From an uncultured Candidatus Saccharibacteria bacterium (lineage in GTDB: Bacteria; Patescibacteriota; Minisyncoccia; Phycocordibacterales; PALSA-1337): a stretch of 64,000 nucleotides of DNA. The position numbers were made by a program, and so were the translations under genes. The notes beneath the pieces are model-generated. The model was not told the DNA's origin and searched no databases. It saw nothing but the letters and a program-made list of their open reading frames with translations. Below are positions 40,970 through 49,782 of the stretch, piece by piece. The DNA lies in contig CAYXZI010000004.1 of assembly GCA_964470105.1 (NCBI GenBank), positions 5,271 through 69,270 on the forward strand. Reading direction: 5' to 3'. Position 1 is the stretch's first letter. Every line of letters starts with the position of its first letter.

Positions 40970-41266
40970 TTACATAGACGGCGCCCTAGTTGGTTGACTC
41001 ATTAAAAATTCAAGATAAAAATATGGAGATATCTTTGAAACAAAAGAAGGCAGATATTCAAACTCTGTAAACACTTTCTCCTTAAATTCTGGCAAGCAAA
41101 TGACTGTCTCCTTATTCTGTATTAAAGCCTCAGCAGATATAACATGAGGTTGAGGTTTACCATCTACATTTACTATAGTAAATCGTACACGAAATAGGAC
41201 ACCGTTCTTATCTCGAACGATTCTTTCAAAAATACTATTTATATTTTTATTCTGAGTTACTAACAT
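40970..41266 (-). CDS. Hypothetical protein ending QPTRAPSM
   Basis: TATAAT 7 nt before ATG; host-like AT-rich composition; 98 aa. Confidence 0.7.
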   Translation of the reverse strand: MLVTQNKNINSIFERIVRDKNGVLFRVRFTIVNVDGKPQPHVISAEALIQNKETVICLPEFKEKVFTEFEYLPSFVSKISPYFYLEFLMSQPTRAPSM

Positions 41267-41414
41267 GTCTGTATTATAACAGGAATTTCAGGCTTGTCTA
41301 TATTTAATTAAATTTACTACCCATACCCAAACTTTTCATATCTCAAATCATTGAGTTTTAAATCATATGCAGTGGTATTGACATTATATACTATAGATGG
41401 TACTATTAAGTAGT

Positions 41415-41612
41415 ATGAATATTGCACCTTGCATTTTCCTCCTCATCATGAACTTCTCTGTCGTTGCTTTTGCCTACTTCTCATACGAGGAGGTGAGGGC
41501 CTTGATAAAAAGACGAGGTAGCCTACTATATTCACTGGTGCTGATAGCGGCCACCGTCGGCTCCGCATACATCATGCACACAGTAATTAAGATGGTCTAC
41601 ATCGGTCAGTAA
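41415..41612 (+). CDS. Orphan cassette two-TM membrane protein (65 aa)
   Basis: TTGACA-N17-TACTAT 8 nt before ATG; terminator GAGCGCCAGA/TCTGGCGCTC at ~41645-41672. Confidence 0.7.
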   Translation: MNIAPCIFLLIMNFSVVAFAYFSYEEVRALIKRRGSLLYSLVLIAATVGSAYIMHTVIKMVYIGQ

Positions 41613-41676
41613 CAGTTCTAGGCTATCTATAAACCTAGTTTGACGAGCGCCAGAATGATCTGGCGCTCTTTCGTAT

Positions 41677-42219
41677 CTATTTTGTCTCCCCAATCTTTAC
41701 CTTAGGAGCTTTCAATACCTTACCGTTCAATTCATACCCCTTCTGAACTACAGTCGTAACCGTATTCCCATTCTTTCCATCCTCTATAGCTTCATCACGC
41801 ATAGGGTCAAACGGTTTACCCATAGGGTCAATTTCCTTTAGTCCAAAGCCCTCAAGTACAGTCTTTAACTGATTTGCAATATATTCTACTCCAACTCTCC
41901 AGTTCTTATCTACCTTCTCCCATACCTCTTTGTTCCCCATAGCCATATTGAAGCTATCCAGAACAGGTATTAGCTCACCAATCAAATTTTCATTTGAGAA
42001 TCTAGCAAAATCCTTCTGAGCTTCCTGGTCTCTCTTTCTAGCATTTAGAAACTCAGCCTTGTCTTTTTGCCAGGAATTAAGATATTCCTGCTTCTCTTCA
42101 ATAGCTTTTTTAAGCTTTTCCTTTAGTGCCTTTACTGATTCCATTGCATTTTCTTCCGCAACTACAGAATCATCGATATTTTCATCTTTTTCAATTGTGA
42201 TATCATTTTCTTCTTTCAT
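41677..42219 (-). CDS. grpE: Nucleotide exchange factor GrpE
   Basis: AEF.N.RKR, LIPVLD.F, FDP...EA, QKGY.L.G.V...A.V. Confidence 0.93.
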   Translation of the reverse strand: MKEENDITIEKDENIDDSVVAEENAMESVKALKEKLKKAIEEKQEYLNSWQKDKAEFLNARKRDQEAQKDFARFSNENLIGELIPVLDSFNMAMGNKEVWEKVDKNWRVGVEYIANQLKTVLEGFGLKEIDPMGKPFDPMRDEAIEDGKNGNTVTTVVQKGYELNGKVLKAPKVKIGETK

Positions 42220-42239
42220 ATAAAATAGTATACGTTAGA

Positions 42240-42300
42240 ATTTTAGATTTGCAAATATTTTAAGTTACATGGTATTGTCATATTGGTAACTGCAACCATG
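42240..42300 (+). repeat. 61-bp promoter repeat, copy 1
   Basis: Identical to 42781-42841; contains TTGCAA...TGG-TATTGT and ends in ATG. Confidence 0.92.
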
Positions 42301-42344
42301 AAATGCAGAAATTATAGGTGCTTAGCACCAGAAAGTATAGTTCC

Positions 42345-42710
42345 ATGAGAAAAATAACTATTGAGTCTGTTCCAGGTGGTATATCTGAGGCAGGCCTATT
42401 CACCGCAGTTGCAGATGCTGTCCACACACTAGGCAAGAGTGCGGACATTATAGTGTTTGTCGGGGTTTATGGTACGAATGATCCGGATGGCGATCGTACT
42501 GGTCTGCACTACAAGTTAAGGCTTGAGATAAAGGAACCAGCAGCCGGTATCTACTACGCACAGAAGGTTTCAGATGAGTTCAAGCTAAGTGGGGACCAAA
42601 CGACCGCTACCCTAACAATGGCGATTGTCGAGAAGGTAAGGGAGTTCATCAGCAATAAGGCTGCTTACCACTCGCGCCTTGCATCAGCATACGAGTCCTT
42701 ACGACAGTGA
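42345..42710 (+). CDS. Orphan cassette protein
   Basis: Downstream of repeat copy 1; terminator AGCGGCAAGG/CCTTGTCGCT at 42736-42765. Confidence 0.7.
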   Translation: MRKITIESVPGGISEAGLFTAVADAVHTLGKSADIIVFVGVYGTNDPDGDRTGLHYKLRLEIKEPAAGIYYAQKVSDEFKLSGDQTTATLTMAIVEKVREFISNKAAYHSRLASAYESLRQ

Positions 42711-42780
42711 GGACGATATCATTTCTACATTGCAAAGCGGCAAGGTTTTCCCTTGTCGCTTTTTAATTAGCTCTTAAACC

Positions 42781-42841
42781 ATTTTAGATTTGCAAATATT
42801 TTAAGTTACATGGTATTGTCATATTGGTAACTGCAACCATG
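42781..42841 (+). repeat. 61-bp promoter repeat, copy 2
   Basis: Identical to 42240-42300. Confidence 0.92.
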
Positions 42842-43231
42842 GCACCTAAAACCGTGCCTCAAAGAGAAAGTGTTTGTATGGCAGAGATAACGATAAGGAA
42901 AAGTTTGGAATTCGATGATGAGATTTCTCAAAAGATTTGTGTGGATATAATTGACGCCCTTTCATACTTTGGGAATGAACGCCTTGTCATTGATCAGATT
43001 GATCTTTGGCCTAGGATTGTGGGAGATGAATGTGTCCTATCGGTCACCATTACCCACCGAGCTTCAGGGAGAGTAGAGCAATCTACTTTTGAACTCAACA
43101 ACAATTGGAGTCCACACTCGATCGCATTAGCAATCAAAACACACACAGGTATACCCCTTATGTCAGAGGTACCTGTTACCGAAAGGTTAGTATCGACACT
43201 TGGATCAATTCCAATTACACCGATTGGATGA
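42839..43231 (+). CDS. Orphan cassette protein
   Basis: ATG of the repeat is in frame (alternative start 42878); terminator GCCTGGG/CCCAGGC at ~43251-43278. Confidence 0.7.
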   Translation: MAPKTVPQRESVCMAEITIRKSLEFDDEISQKICVDIIDALSYFGNERLVIDQIDLWPRIVGDECVLSVTITHRASGRVEQSTFELNNNWSPHSIALAIKTHTGIPLMSEVPVTERLVSTLGSIPITPIG

Positions 43232-43276
43232 TTGGTCCACAAACAAAAGCGCCTGGGTAAACCCCAGGCAACTTTT

Positions 43277-43687
43277 TTATCTCTTAGACCACTGTGGACT
43301 CTTTCTCGCTTTCTTAAGTCCGAACTTACGTCTTTCCTTAGCTCTTGGGTCTCTCTTTAGAAGCCCTGCCTTCTTTAACTTTCCTCTTAGCTCTTTATCA
43401 TATTCAATTAATGCACGAGCTATACCATGTCTTACTGCATCAGCTTGTCCACTTATTCCTCCTCCCTTTGTAACAACTGTAATCTTAAACTTAGTTTCAG
43501 TTAGTTTGGCCTCTTTCATTGATTCAGATGCCATCATTTGCAGCTCTTTTGTTGGGAAATATTCTTCAATAGTTTTTCCATTGATATCATAAGATGTCTT
43601 TGCAGCAGGAGTAATACGAACACGAGCAGATGCTGTCTTTCTTCTCCCTATAGCTTCTATGTATTTGTCCGCTTTCATTGTTGTCAT
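43277..43687 (-). CDS. rpsI: 30S ribosomal protein S9
   Basis: GRRKTA.ARV, GGG.SGQA.A.RHG.ARAL, ARKSPQWSKR. Confidence 0.98.
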   Translation of the reverse strand: MTTMKADKYIEAIGRRKTASARVRITPAAKTSYDINGKTIEEYFPTKELQMMASESMKEAKLTETKFKITVVTKGGGISGQADAVRHGIARALIEYDKELRGKLKKAGLLKRDPRAKERRKFGLKKARKSPQWSKR

Positions 43688-43688
43688 A

Positions 43689-44033
43689 TTATTCTGTAAT
43701 TGTTAAATTTTTCATCATCTGCTTTCTAAGTGTATTTGAAGGAAGCATTCTGTATACTGCTCTCTCAAAAACCTCACTAGCTCCCTTTCTGTTGATTAGG
43801 TGCTCAAGAGATTCAGTGAAAAGTCCTCCTCTGAACCCTGTAAAGGTTACATATTCCTTTTCCTTCATTTTCTTTACACTAAAATCAGCTTTGCTTGTAT
43901 TGATTATACTTACCTTTACTCCTGAAACCTTATTTCTTACAAAATTTACAGTTTTCTTTCCAATTAGCAAACTTGCTGCTTCACTTGCAACTCTTCCTAA
44001 TTTCTTTCCTTGTGCGTCTATTGTGTGGTTCAT
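43689..44033 (-). CDS. rplM: 50S ribosomal protein L13 (short)
   Basis: IDA.GK.LGR.AS..A..L.GK and AVY.MLP.N.LR; directly upstream of rpsI. Confidence 0.93.
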   Translation of the reverse strand: MNHTIDAQGKKLGRVASEAASLLIGKKTVNFVRNKVSGVKVSIINTSKADFSVKKMKEKEYVTFTGFRGGLFTESLEHLINRKGASEVFERAVYRMLPSNTLRKQMMKNLTITE

Positions 44034-44043
44034 ATTTTTAATA

Positions 44044-44394
44044 TTATACAAATTCAATCAATGCCATTGGCGCTGCATCTAGCGCTCGTGGAGAAAGTTT
44101 AATAATACGAGTATATCCACCCTTTCGATCTGCATACTTCTTTGCAAGTGTATCAAAAAGAACTTTTGCTTCCTTTTCTCCATCTAGCTTTGAAATTACT
44201 ACTCGTCTAGAAGCAACAGTACCTGTCTTTGCTTTTGTTACAAGCTTCTCGACATAAGGTCTTAATTCCTTAGCTTTAGCTAGAGTTGTCTTTATACGAC
44301 TCTCATTAATTAGATTTCTAGCCAAAGATCTCATTAATGCATTACGTGCATCTTTTTCTAGTCCGAATTTTCTTTTTACTGAATGGTGTCTCAT
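44044..44394 (-). CDS. rplQ: 50S ribosomal protein L17
   Basis: MRH, I.TT..KAKE.R...EKL.T.AK, R.GGYTRI.K. Confidence 0.97.
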   Translation of the reverse strand: MRHHSVKRKFGLEKDARNALMRSLARNLINESRIKTTLAKAKELRPYVEKLVTKAKTGTVASRRVVISKLDGEKEAKVLFDTLAKKYADRKGGYTRIIKLSPRALDAAPMALIEFV

Positions 44395-44398
44395 ATTA

Positions 44399-45364
44399 TT
44401 ATTTTAATGTAATTCCGTATTGTGACAATACCTTCTTAATCTCCTGTATACCCTTACTTCCTAGACCTTCGATATCTAGGATGTCTACCTCCTTCTTTCT
44501 TGCTAATCCACCAATTGTTCTTATATTGGCACTTGTAAGAGCTTTTGTTGTTCTTGGTGAAAGACCAATTGCATCGATTCTAGTCTTAAGGAATTCGACG
44601 TCCATTTCTTGCTTTGGTGTATCACTAGAATTTTCAGATACTTCCTCCTTTGTGTCTTCTACAATTTCCTCTTCCTTGAATCCAACAATTGACTTAAGTT
44701 GCATGATCATAAGCTTGATTGAGTCCTCAAGAGCTTCTCTTGCAGTTAAAGTACCATCTGTCTCAATTGAGATTCTTAGACGATTGAAGTCTGTTCTGTC
44801 TCCAACACGCATATTTTCAACTTCATAGTTTACTTTCTTGATTGGAGTAAAGGTTGCATCAAGAGATATAGTTCCGATATCAACACGATCCTTTGTTAGG
44901 ATATCCTTTGATACATAACCGAGTCCTTTTTCTACTGAGATCTCCATATCAAATTCTGAAGACTTGTCTGTAAGAGTCGCGATATGTAGATCTGGATTCA
45001 AAATTTCTACCTGTCCAGGTACTGTTATATCCTTAGCAGTTAATGTCTTAACACCCTTTGCCTTTAGTGTAATTGTTTGTGGCTCATCAGTTATTATCTT
45101 AATTCTTAGCTTCTTTAAATTTAGAAGTATAGCGATAACATCCTCTTTTACTCCCTCAATAGTTGAGAACTCATGCTCTGCTCCCTTTATCTTTACTCTT
45201 GTAACTGCTGCACCAGGAAGTGATGAAAGAATTATTCTTCTAAGTGAATTACCTAGTGTGTGTCCGTATCCAGGATATAGGCCGTCAATTTCGTATATAC
45301 CACTAAAACCCTCCTCTCGGATTATCTTCGGCTTTGATGGAACAATGATTGAATGATTTGACAT
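44399..45364 (-). CDS. rpoA: RNA polymerase alpha subunit
   Basis: GYGHTLGNSLRR..LSSLPG.A, HEFST..GV.EDV, alpha-CTD G.G.K...EI. Confidence 0.97.
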   Translation of the reverse strand: MSNHSIIVPSKPKIIREEGFSGIYEIDGLYPGYGHTLGNSLRRIILSSLPGAAVTRVKIKGAEHEFSTIEGVKEDVIAILLNLKKLRIKIITDEPQTITLKAKGVKTLTAKDITVPGQVEILNPDLHIATLTDKSSEFDMEISVEKGLGYVSKDILTKDRVDIGTISLDATFTPIKKVNYEVENMRVGDRTDFNRLRISIETDGTLTAREALEDSIKLMIMQLKSIVGFKEEEIVEDTKEEVSENSSDTPKQEMDVEFLKTRIDAIGLSPRTTKALTSANIRTIGGLARKKEVDILDIEGLGSKGIQEIKKVLSQYGITLK

Positions 45365-45385
45365 ATATTTTTTATTAAAATTTAA

Positions 45386-45997
45386 TTAACGACTATAAAA
45401 TTCCAAAACTGCTCCTACATTAAACATCAGCTCCGTCGGTGCAACATGCGGTATACCCTCAACCGTAACTTCCTTCTTATCAAAATTGAGTTTCAACCAT
45501 GATGGAATTTTAATTGTCTTTAGTCTTTCATCTAGAGTATTGAATAGGGCTTTCTTTTTACTTCCTTCACGAATACCTATAACATCACCTACTTTCACTT
45601 GGTATGAAGGTATAGTTACAATCTTTCCATTAATTGTTAGGTGGCCGTGAGATGTAACCTGTCTAGCGGCCTGGCGTGTAGTTGCAAATCCTGCTCTTAG
45701 GGCAACATTGTCGAATCTACCCTCTAGGAGATTAATGAGTTTTTCACTTGAATTACCCTTTGATTCTGTAGCTTTGATAATATAATTACCAAATTGCTTA
45801 CTTGTTATACCATAGCTATATCTTGCCTTCTGTTTTTCCAAAAGTCCTAGACCGTAATCACTCTTTGTTCTAGGTTTAGATGATTTACTAGCAGCTTTCT
45901 TTTGCTCTGTTCGCACAGCAAATTTCTGTGTCTGAGTTTTCTCAAAAACACTCACCCCTAGTCTTCTTGCAATTTTATATCTTGGTCCAATTTTCAT
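45386..45997 (-). CDS. rpsD: 30S ribosomal protein S4
   Basis: SDYG..L.EKQK.R..YG, LE.R.DN, ARQ..SHGH, EFYSR. Confidence 0.97.
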   Translation of the reverse strand: MKIGPRYKIARRLGVSVFEKTQTQKFAVRTEQKKAASKSSKPRTKSDYGLGLLEKQKARYSYGITSKQFGNYIIKATESKGNSSEKLINLLEGRFDNVALRAGFATTRQAARQVTSHGHLTINGKIVTIPSYQVKVGDVIGIREGSKKKALFNTLDERLKTIKIPSWLKLNFDKKEVTVEGIPHVAPTELMFNVGAVLEFYSR

Positions 45998-46009
45998 AAA
46001 AATTAATTA

Positions 46010-46438
46010 TTATACTCGTCTCGGCTTCTTAGGCTGAGGTCCATTATGAGGTACTGGTGTTTCATCTTTAATTGATGAGATATTTACACCTCGAGAAATA
46101 AATCCTCGGATTGCTGATTCTCGACCTGAACCTACTCCCTTTACTATTACCTGAATATCTTTTAGACCTAGAGTCTCTGCCTTAAGAGCTAGAGTTTCTC
46201 CAACCTTTGCAGCTGCGAAAGGTGTACCTTTCTTAGCGCCCTTAAATCCTAGGGTTCCACATGATGACCATAGTACAGCGTTTCCATCTGTGTCAGTTAG
46301 AAGAACCTTAGTATTGTTATATGTAGACTGAACATGCAAAATACCAGAATCCAAACGCTTCTTACTTGAAGAATTTACCTTTGGAGCCTTCTCCTTTGAT
46401 TCTGAACTTTCGGTTGTAACAGTTGTCTTTTTTGCCAT
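46010..46438 (-). CDS. rpsK: 30S ribosomal protein S11
   Basis: STYNNT, GFKG.KK.TPFAA, TP.PHNG. Confidence 0.97.
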   Translation of the reverse strand: MAKKTTVTTESSESKEKAPKVNSSSKKRLDSGILHVQSTYNNTKVLLTDTDGNAVLWSSCGTLGFKGAKKGTPFAAAKVGETLALKAETLGLKDIQVIVKGVGSGRESAIRGFISRGVNISSIKDETPVPHNGPQPKKPRRV

Positions 46439-46450
46439 GTTATTTATTTA

Positions 46451-46831
46451 TTATTTCTTCTCTTCCTTTTTTCTACCTGAACCCATAGTCTTTCTGATGT
46501 TACCACGTACAGTTCTTGAATTAGTTTTTGTTCTCTGACCCCTTACTGGAAGGTGTCTTGCATGACGCATACCTCTATATGTCTTAATATCTTTATGTCT
46601 CTTTATATTTGATGCGACCTCACGCTTAAGGTCTCCCTCAATTTTAAATGACTCGATAATCTTTCTGATCTCATTTTCCTGATCAACAGAGAGATCCTTT
46701 GATTTAATTTTTGGATCAATTTTAGCCTGAACTAGTATATCCTTTGCACGTGATCTACCAACACCGTATAGAACAGTGAGTGCAATATCAAGTCTTTTTG
46801 TATCTGGAATTGTTATACCGAGTATTCTCAT
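46451..46831 (-). CDS. rpsM: 30S ribosomal protein S13
   Basis: YRG.RH...LPVRGQRTKTNSRT. Confidence 0.97.
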   Translation of the reverse strand: MRILGITIPDTKRLDIALTVLYGVGRSRAKDILVQAKIDPKIKSKDLSVDQENEIRKIIESFKIEGDLKREVASNIKRHKDIKTYRGMRHARHLPVRGQRTKTNSRTVRGNIRKTMGSGRKKEEKK

Positions 46832-46842
46832 GTTTATGATTA

Positions 46843-46959
46843 TTAGCCTTGTCTTTGTTTATGTCTAGGGTTAGCTTTGCATATAACATATACATAGCTC
46901 TTTCTTCGAACTACTTTACATTTTGGACAAATTTTCTTTACTGATGCCTTGACCTTCAT
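46843..46959 (-). CDS. rpmJ: 50S ribosomal protein L36 (38 aa, zinc-binding type; not in ORF track)
   Basis: [38 protein letters not shown], between infA and rpsM. Confidence 0.97.
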   Translation of the reverse strand: MKVKASVKKICPKCKVVRRKSYVYVICKANPRHKQRQG

Positions 46960-46986
46960 TTTTATTTAAAATTTTAGGTATTACTA

Positions 46987-47226
46987 TTAAAATCTTTTTG
47001 TAATGCGCGCTCTGCCTCCATACGGATCTAATTCTAGTTCTACCTTATCTCCAATCAGCACTCTAATACGATGCATTCGCATTTTACCTGCTAAATACGC
47101 AAGCTGTACTTCTTCCTTACCATCAATTTTTACCCTAAACAAAGTATCTGGTAATGCCTCGGTTACTACACCGAATGCAGTGGTTGTTGACTTTTGTTTA
47201 GAGCTATTATTGATCTTGGAATCCAT
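46987..47226 (-). CDS. infA: Translation initiation factor IF-1
   Basis: G.V.EALP...F.V, AGKMR..RIR.L.GD.V..E, RI..R. Confidence 0.95.
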   Translation of the reverse strand: MDSKINNSSKQKSTTTAFGVVTEALPDTLFRVKIDGKEEVQLAYLAGKMRMHRIRVLIGDKVELELDPYGGRARITKRF

Positions 47227-47270
47227 TAAATTTCGCGTTTATCTATACTACCAGAAGTACTGGTTAAAAG

Positions 47271-48629
47271 TCAATGCCTATACTCTATACTAATCTTATC
47301 CTCTGAGCTTGGAAAGGTTCTAAGCCAAAATGGGGTTATTAATGCATATGCATTAGCTATAGATGGGTACTTAGCAAAAACAGCTGAACTATCCTTTAAT
47401 TTTATACTCTTGAGTTCATTTTTTAGCTTCTTTTCTGATATTGTACCGGTTATAGATATTGGTCCCTTTAGTGTAAATATTAGTGGTGTACCTTTCTTTG
47501 CTGAGAAATCTTTAGAATTAGATATTCCGAATGTAAGTTCTCTATCCCCTTCGATTGAATATGTATCTGATGGGAATTTTCTAATTTCCTTGCCCGCTAT
47601 ACTCTTTATTAGTTGTTCATCATTAAATACCGCTCCGTATATTGTGCCCTTAATTACTATCTCCGCTTCTGAAGTTGTTTTCATTACTGGCTCAGGAAAA
47701 CTGAAGTCAAAAGTGTATGAATCTTTATATAGTATCGTATTAGGGGTTAATACATTTGTGAGTTTCTCAACTAATTGAGTCTTTAGCTTTTCCTGCATAC
47801 TTTTTATTGTTTCAGCCTTTACTACAGGATCAATTGTCATCTTGTTTCCAGAGTATCCGCCAGATAGATCAGTCTTTAGACGAGCATAGAAACCGGCATA
47901 CTTCGGTGTTCCCTGATATCCAGGTAGTTTAAGATCGGTTTTTAAGTCTGCTACCTTTATATTGTACTTATCTCCAACCTGATCAGCTACTATATTTACA
48001 GCTATACTACCTGCACTAGTCTTTTTACCAGGAACAACTACAGTTGAAGATGTTCTATACACAAGTCCGTCTGAAGTAGCTAACCTAGTACCAGCAACAA
48101 GGGTTTGAGATGAGGCACTATAGTTATTGTATACAATCGCTGTACCTTTTGCCTTTGTCTGAACGAGCGCACCCTTTACAGCAGCTATACTCTGCTTAAC
48201 TTCATCAGTCGCAGTTACTACATCATAGGTGAAATCATCAGTCATGTTACTAGGACCGACTTTTTTAGCTGTAAATGTTCCATTGACATCAAAATTTGTA
48301 ACTTTTGGAGTTATGGTAACAACAGCCTTAGAATATGAAAGCGACAAGGCGATGCCGATGATCAGAATAGATACAAGAGTAATACCAAAAGCTATTAGAG
48401 TTTTTTTACCAGGTTTAGAGTTATTTACTGGTTTATTTTTTCTACTTTGTATCTTTTCTATTATCTCCTCTTCTACTATTTCATCTACTTCTTCTATAGG
48501 TTGAACGATCTTTCTTCTAGTAGTAGTTTTAGGACTTGTTTTTGGATCCTCATCACGCTCAATAGTAATCTTACGTATTGAACGTCTTTCACCAGGGACT
48601 ATATCTTGTACTACTTTTTTTATGGCCAT
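47271..48629 (-). CDS. Single-TM hypothetical protein with large beta-rich external domain (baseplate-J-like region)
   Basis: TM helix, then A.G...VYN.....Q.L..GTRL...G.VY....V.VPG...A...G..YN. Confidence 0.55.
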   Translation of the reverse strand: MAIKKVVQDIVPGERRSIRKITIERDEDPKTSPKTTTRRKIVQPIEEVDEIVEEEIIEKIQSRKNKPVNNSKPGKKTLIAFGITLVSILIIGIALSLSYSKAVVTITPKVTNFDVNGTFTAKKVGPSNMTDDFTYDVVTATDEVKQSIAAVKGALVQTKAKGTAIVYNNYSASSQTLVAGTRLATSDGLVYRTSSTVVVPGKKTSAGSIAVNIVADQVGDKYNIKVADLKTDLKLPGYQGTPKYAGFYARLKTDLSGGYSGNKMTIDPVVKAETIKSMQEKLKTQLVEKLTNVLTPNTILYKDSYTFDFSFPEPVMKTTSEAEIVIKGTIYGAVFNDEQLIKSIAGKEIRKFPSDTYSIEGDRELTFGISNSKDFSAKKGTPLIFTLKGPISITGTISEKKLKNELKSIKLKDSSAVFAKYPSIANAYALITPFWLRTFPSSEDKISIEYRH

Positions 48630-48644
48630 ACAAATTTAAGATTA

Positions 48645-49757
48645 TTATAACATATTGTTTAAGGCAAATGTGTATATCTTCATCATATTACTTTCTGCTG
48701 AGCCTTTACCATATACAACCTTATCACCAATATCAATTGAATCATACTGATTTATACTAAAATTTATCTGATTAATTGAAAGTGCACTTTTAAACAGGTC
48801 GAAGTGGCTATGTGCGGAAAGATATACAGTTCTCGGTATACTGGTTATATCAAGACTGTTCTTAATTGAATTTATACAATCACTACTCCATTTATTCATA
48901 AGCGGTGTAGTAATCTTATCTATACGTCCCATCTCTACCTCACTCAGTTTGTGTCCTTGATAAAGAGAGAGTATTGAATCGCTAGTATCCATATTCTCTT
49001 TATTGCTATTAGCTATTTTTTTTAACAAAGTTGATATTCCAAAAGGAAGTGTGGCGATATGTCTACACAATCCTTCCTTTATAACTATCATATCAGTCAA
49101 TTCTCTATGTATATGTATATAGATAAATTCATTCTTATCCTTAAGAATTTCTCTCAAGGCTGAATATTGTAGTAATAGTCCAGAATGGAATGAATGCTCT
49201 TTGTAGTTAAGGTATTTCGAAAGATGCACTTTAAGTTTTTCTATGAAAATAGATGGTGAAAAAGAGGTTGATATTGATAGTTCAAGTATATGTGCATACT
49301 TATCCTCAACATCTAGAGTGGGATACCCATTCAATCTTATTTCAAATACTTTTTGCTCAATCGGAAATATATCATTTTTCTTATTATCATTATTTAGCTC
49401 TCCTTTGATAATTTCAGACATAAGGGTAGATGTGACTTTGGTTTCAGATTCAAACTTAACCTGGACAGTCTTTAGTTTTGTATTTATCCAAGGCATGGAT
49501 AGTATTACCCTTATATTTCCAATCTTTCTATTACCAACATCTTTTGATATATGCTCCAAAACATCAGATATGAGTTTAAAAGTCTTCTTATTTAAATGCT
49601 CAAGATTTACTATCTCTGTTTTATTACTAAAAGACTTAGTGACAACAGAAAGTATTTGATTACCTCCATAGACTACAGATGCTCTAACTAGCCCACTTTG
49701 AATGTCTAGAATGACATCAAGAACTTTGTTTCTTCCATTAGAAAAAAGCTTAAACAT
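48645..49757 (-). CDS. Divergent actin-like (FtsA/PilM-like) fold protein
   Basis: N-terminal ILDIQS..V.A.VV and later I..ELTD....K.G......P.G...L; catalytic motifs degenerate. Confidence 0.45.
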   Translation of the reverse strand: MFKLFSNGRNKVLDVILDIQSGLVRASVVYGGNQILSVVTKSFSNKTEIVNLEHLNKKTFKLISDVLEHISKDVGNRKIGNIRVILSMPWINTKLKTVQVKFESETKVTSTLMSEIIKGELNNDNKKNDIFPIEQKVFEIRLNGYPTLDVEDKYAHILELSISTSFSPSIFIEKLKVHLSKYLNYKEHSFHSGLLLQYSALREILKDKNEFIYIHIHRELTDMIVIKEGLCRHIATLPFGISTLLKKIANSNKENMDTSDSILSLYQGHKLSEVEMGRIDKITTPLMNKWSSDCINSIKNSLDITSIPRTVYLSAHSHFDLFKSALSINQINFSINQYDSIDIGDKVVYGKGSAESNMMKIYTFALNNML

Positions 49758-49782
49758 AATGCGAATATTATACCATGCAATA

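Noticed and set aside
42240-42841. CRISPR array or IS ends
   Set aside because: Only two direct copies 541 bp apart with a gene between them. No cas gene or transposase and no regularly spaced repeats were seen in the window.
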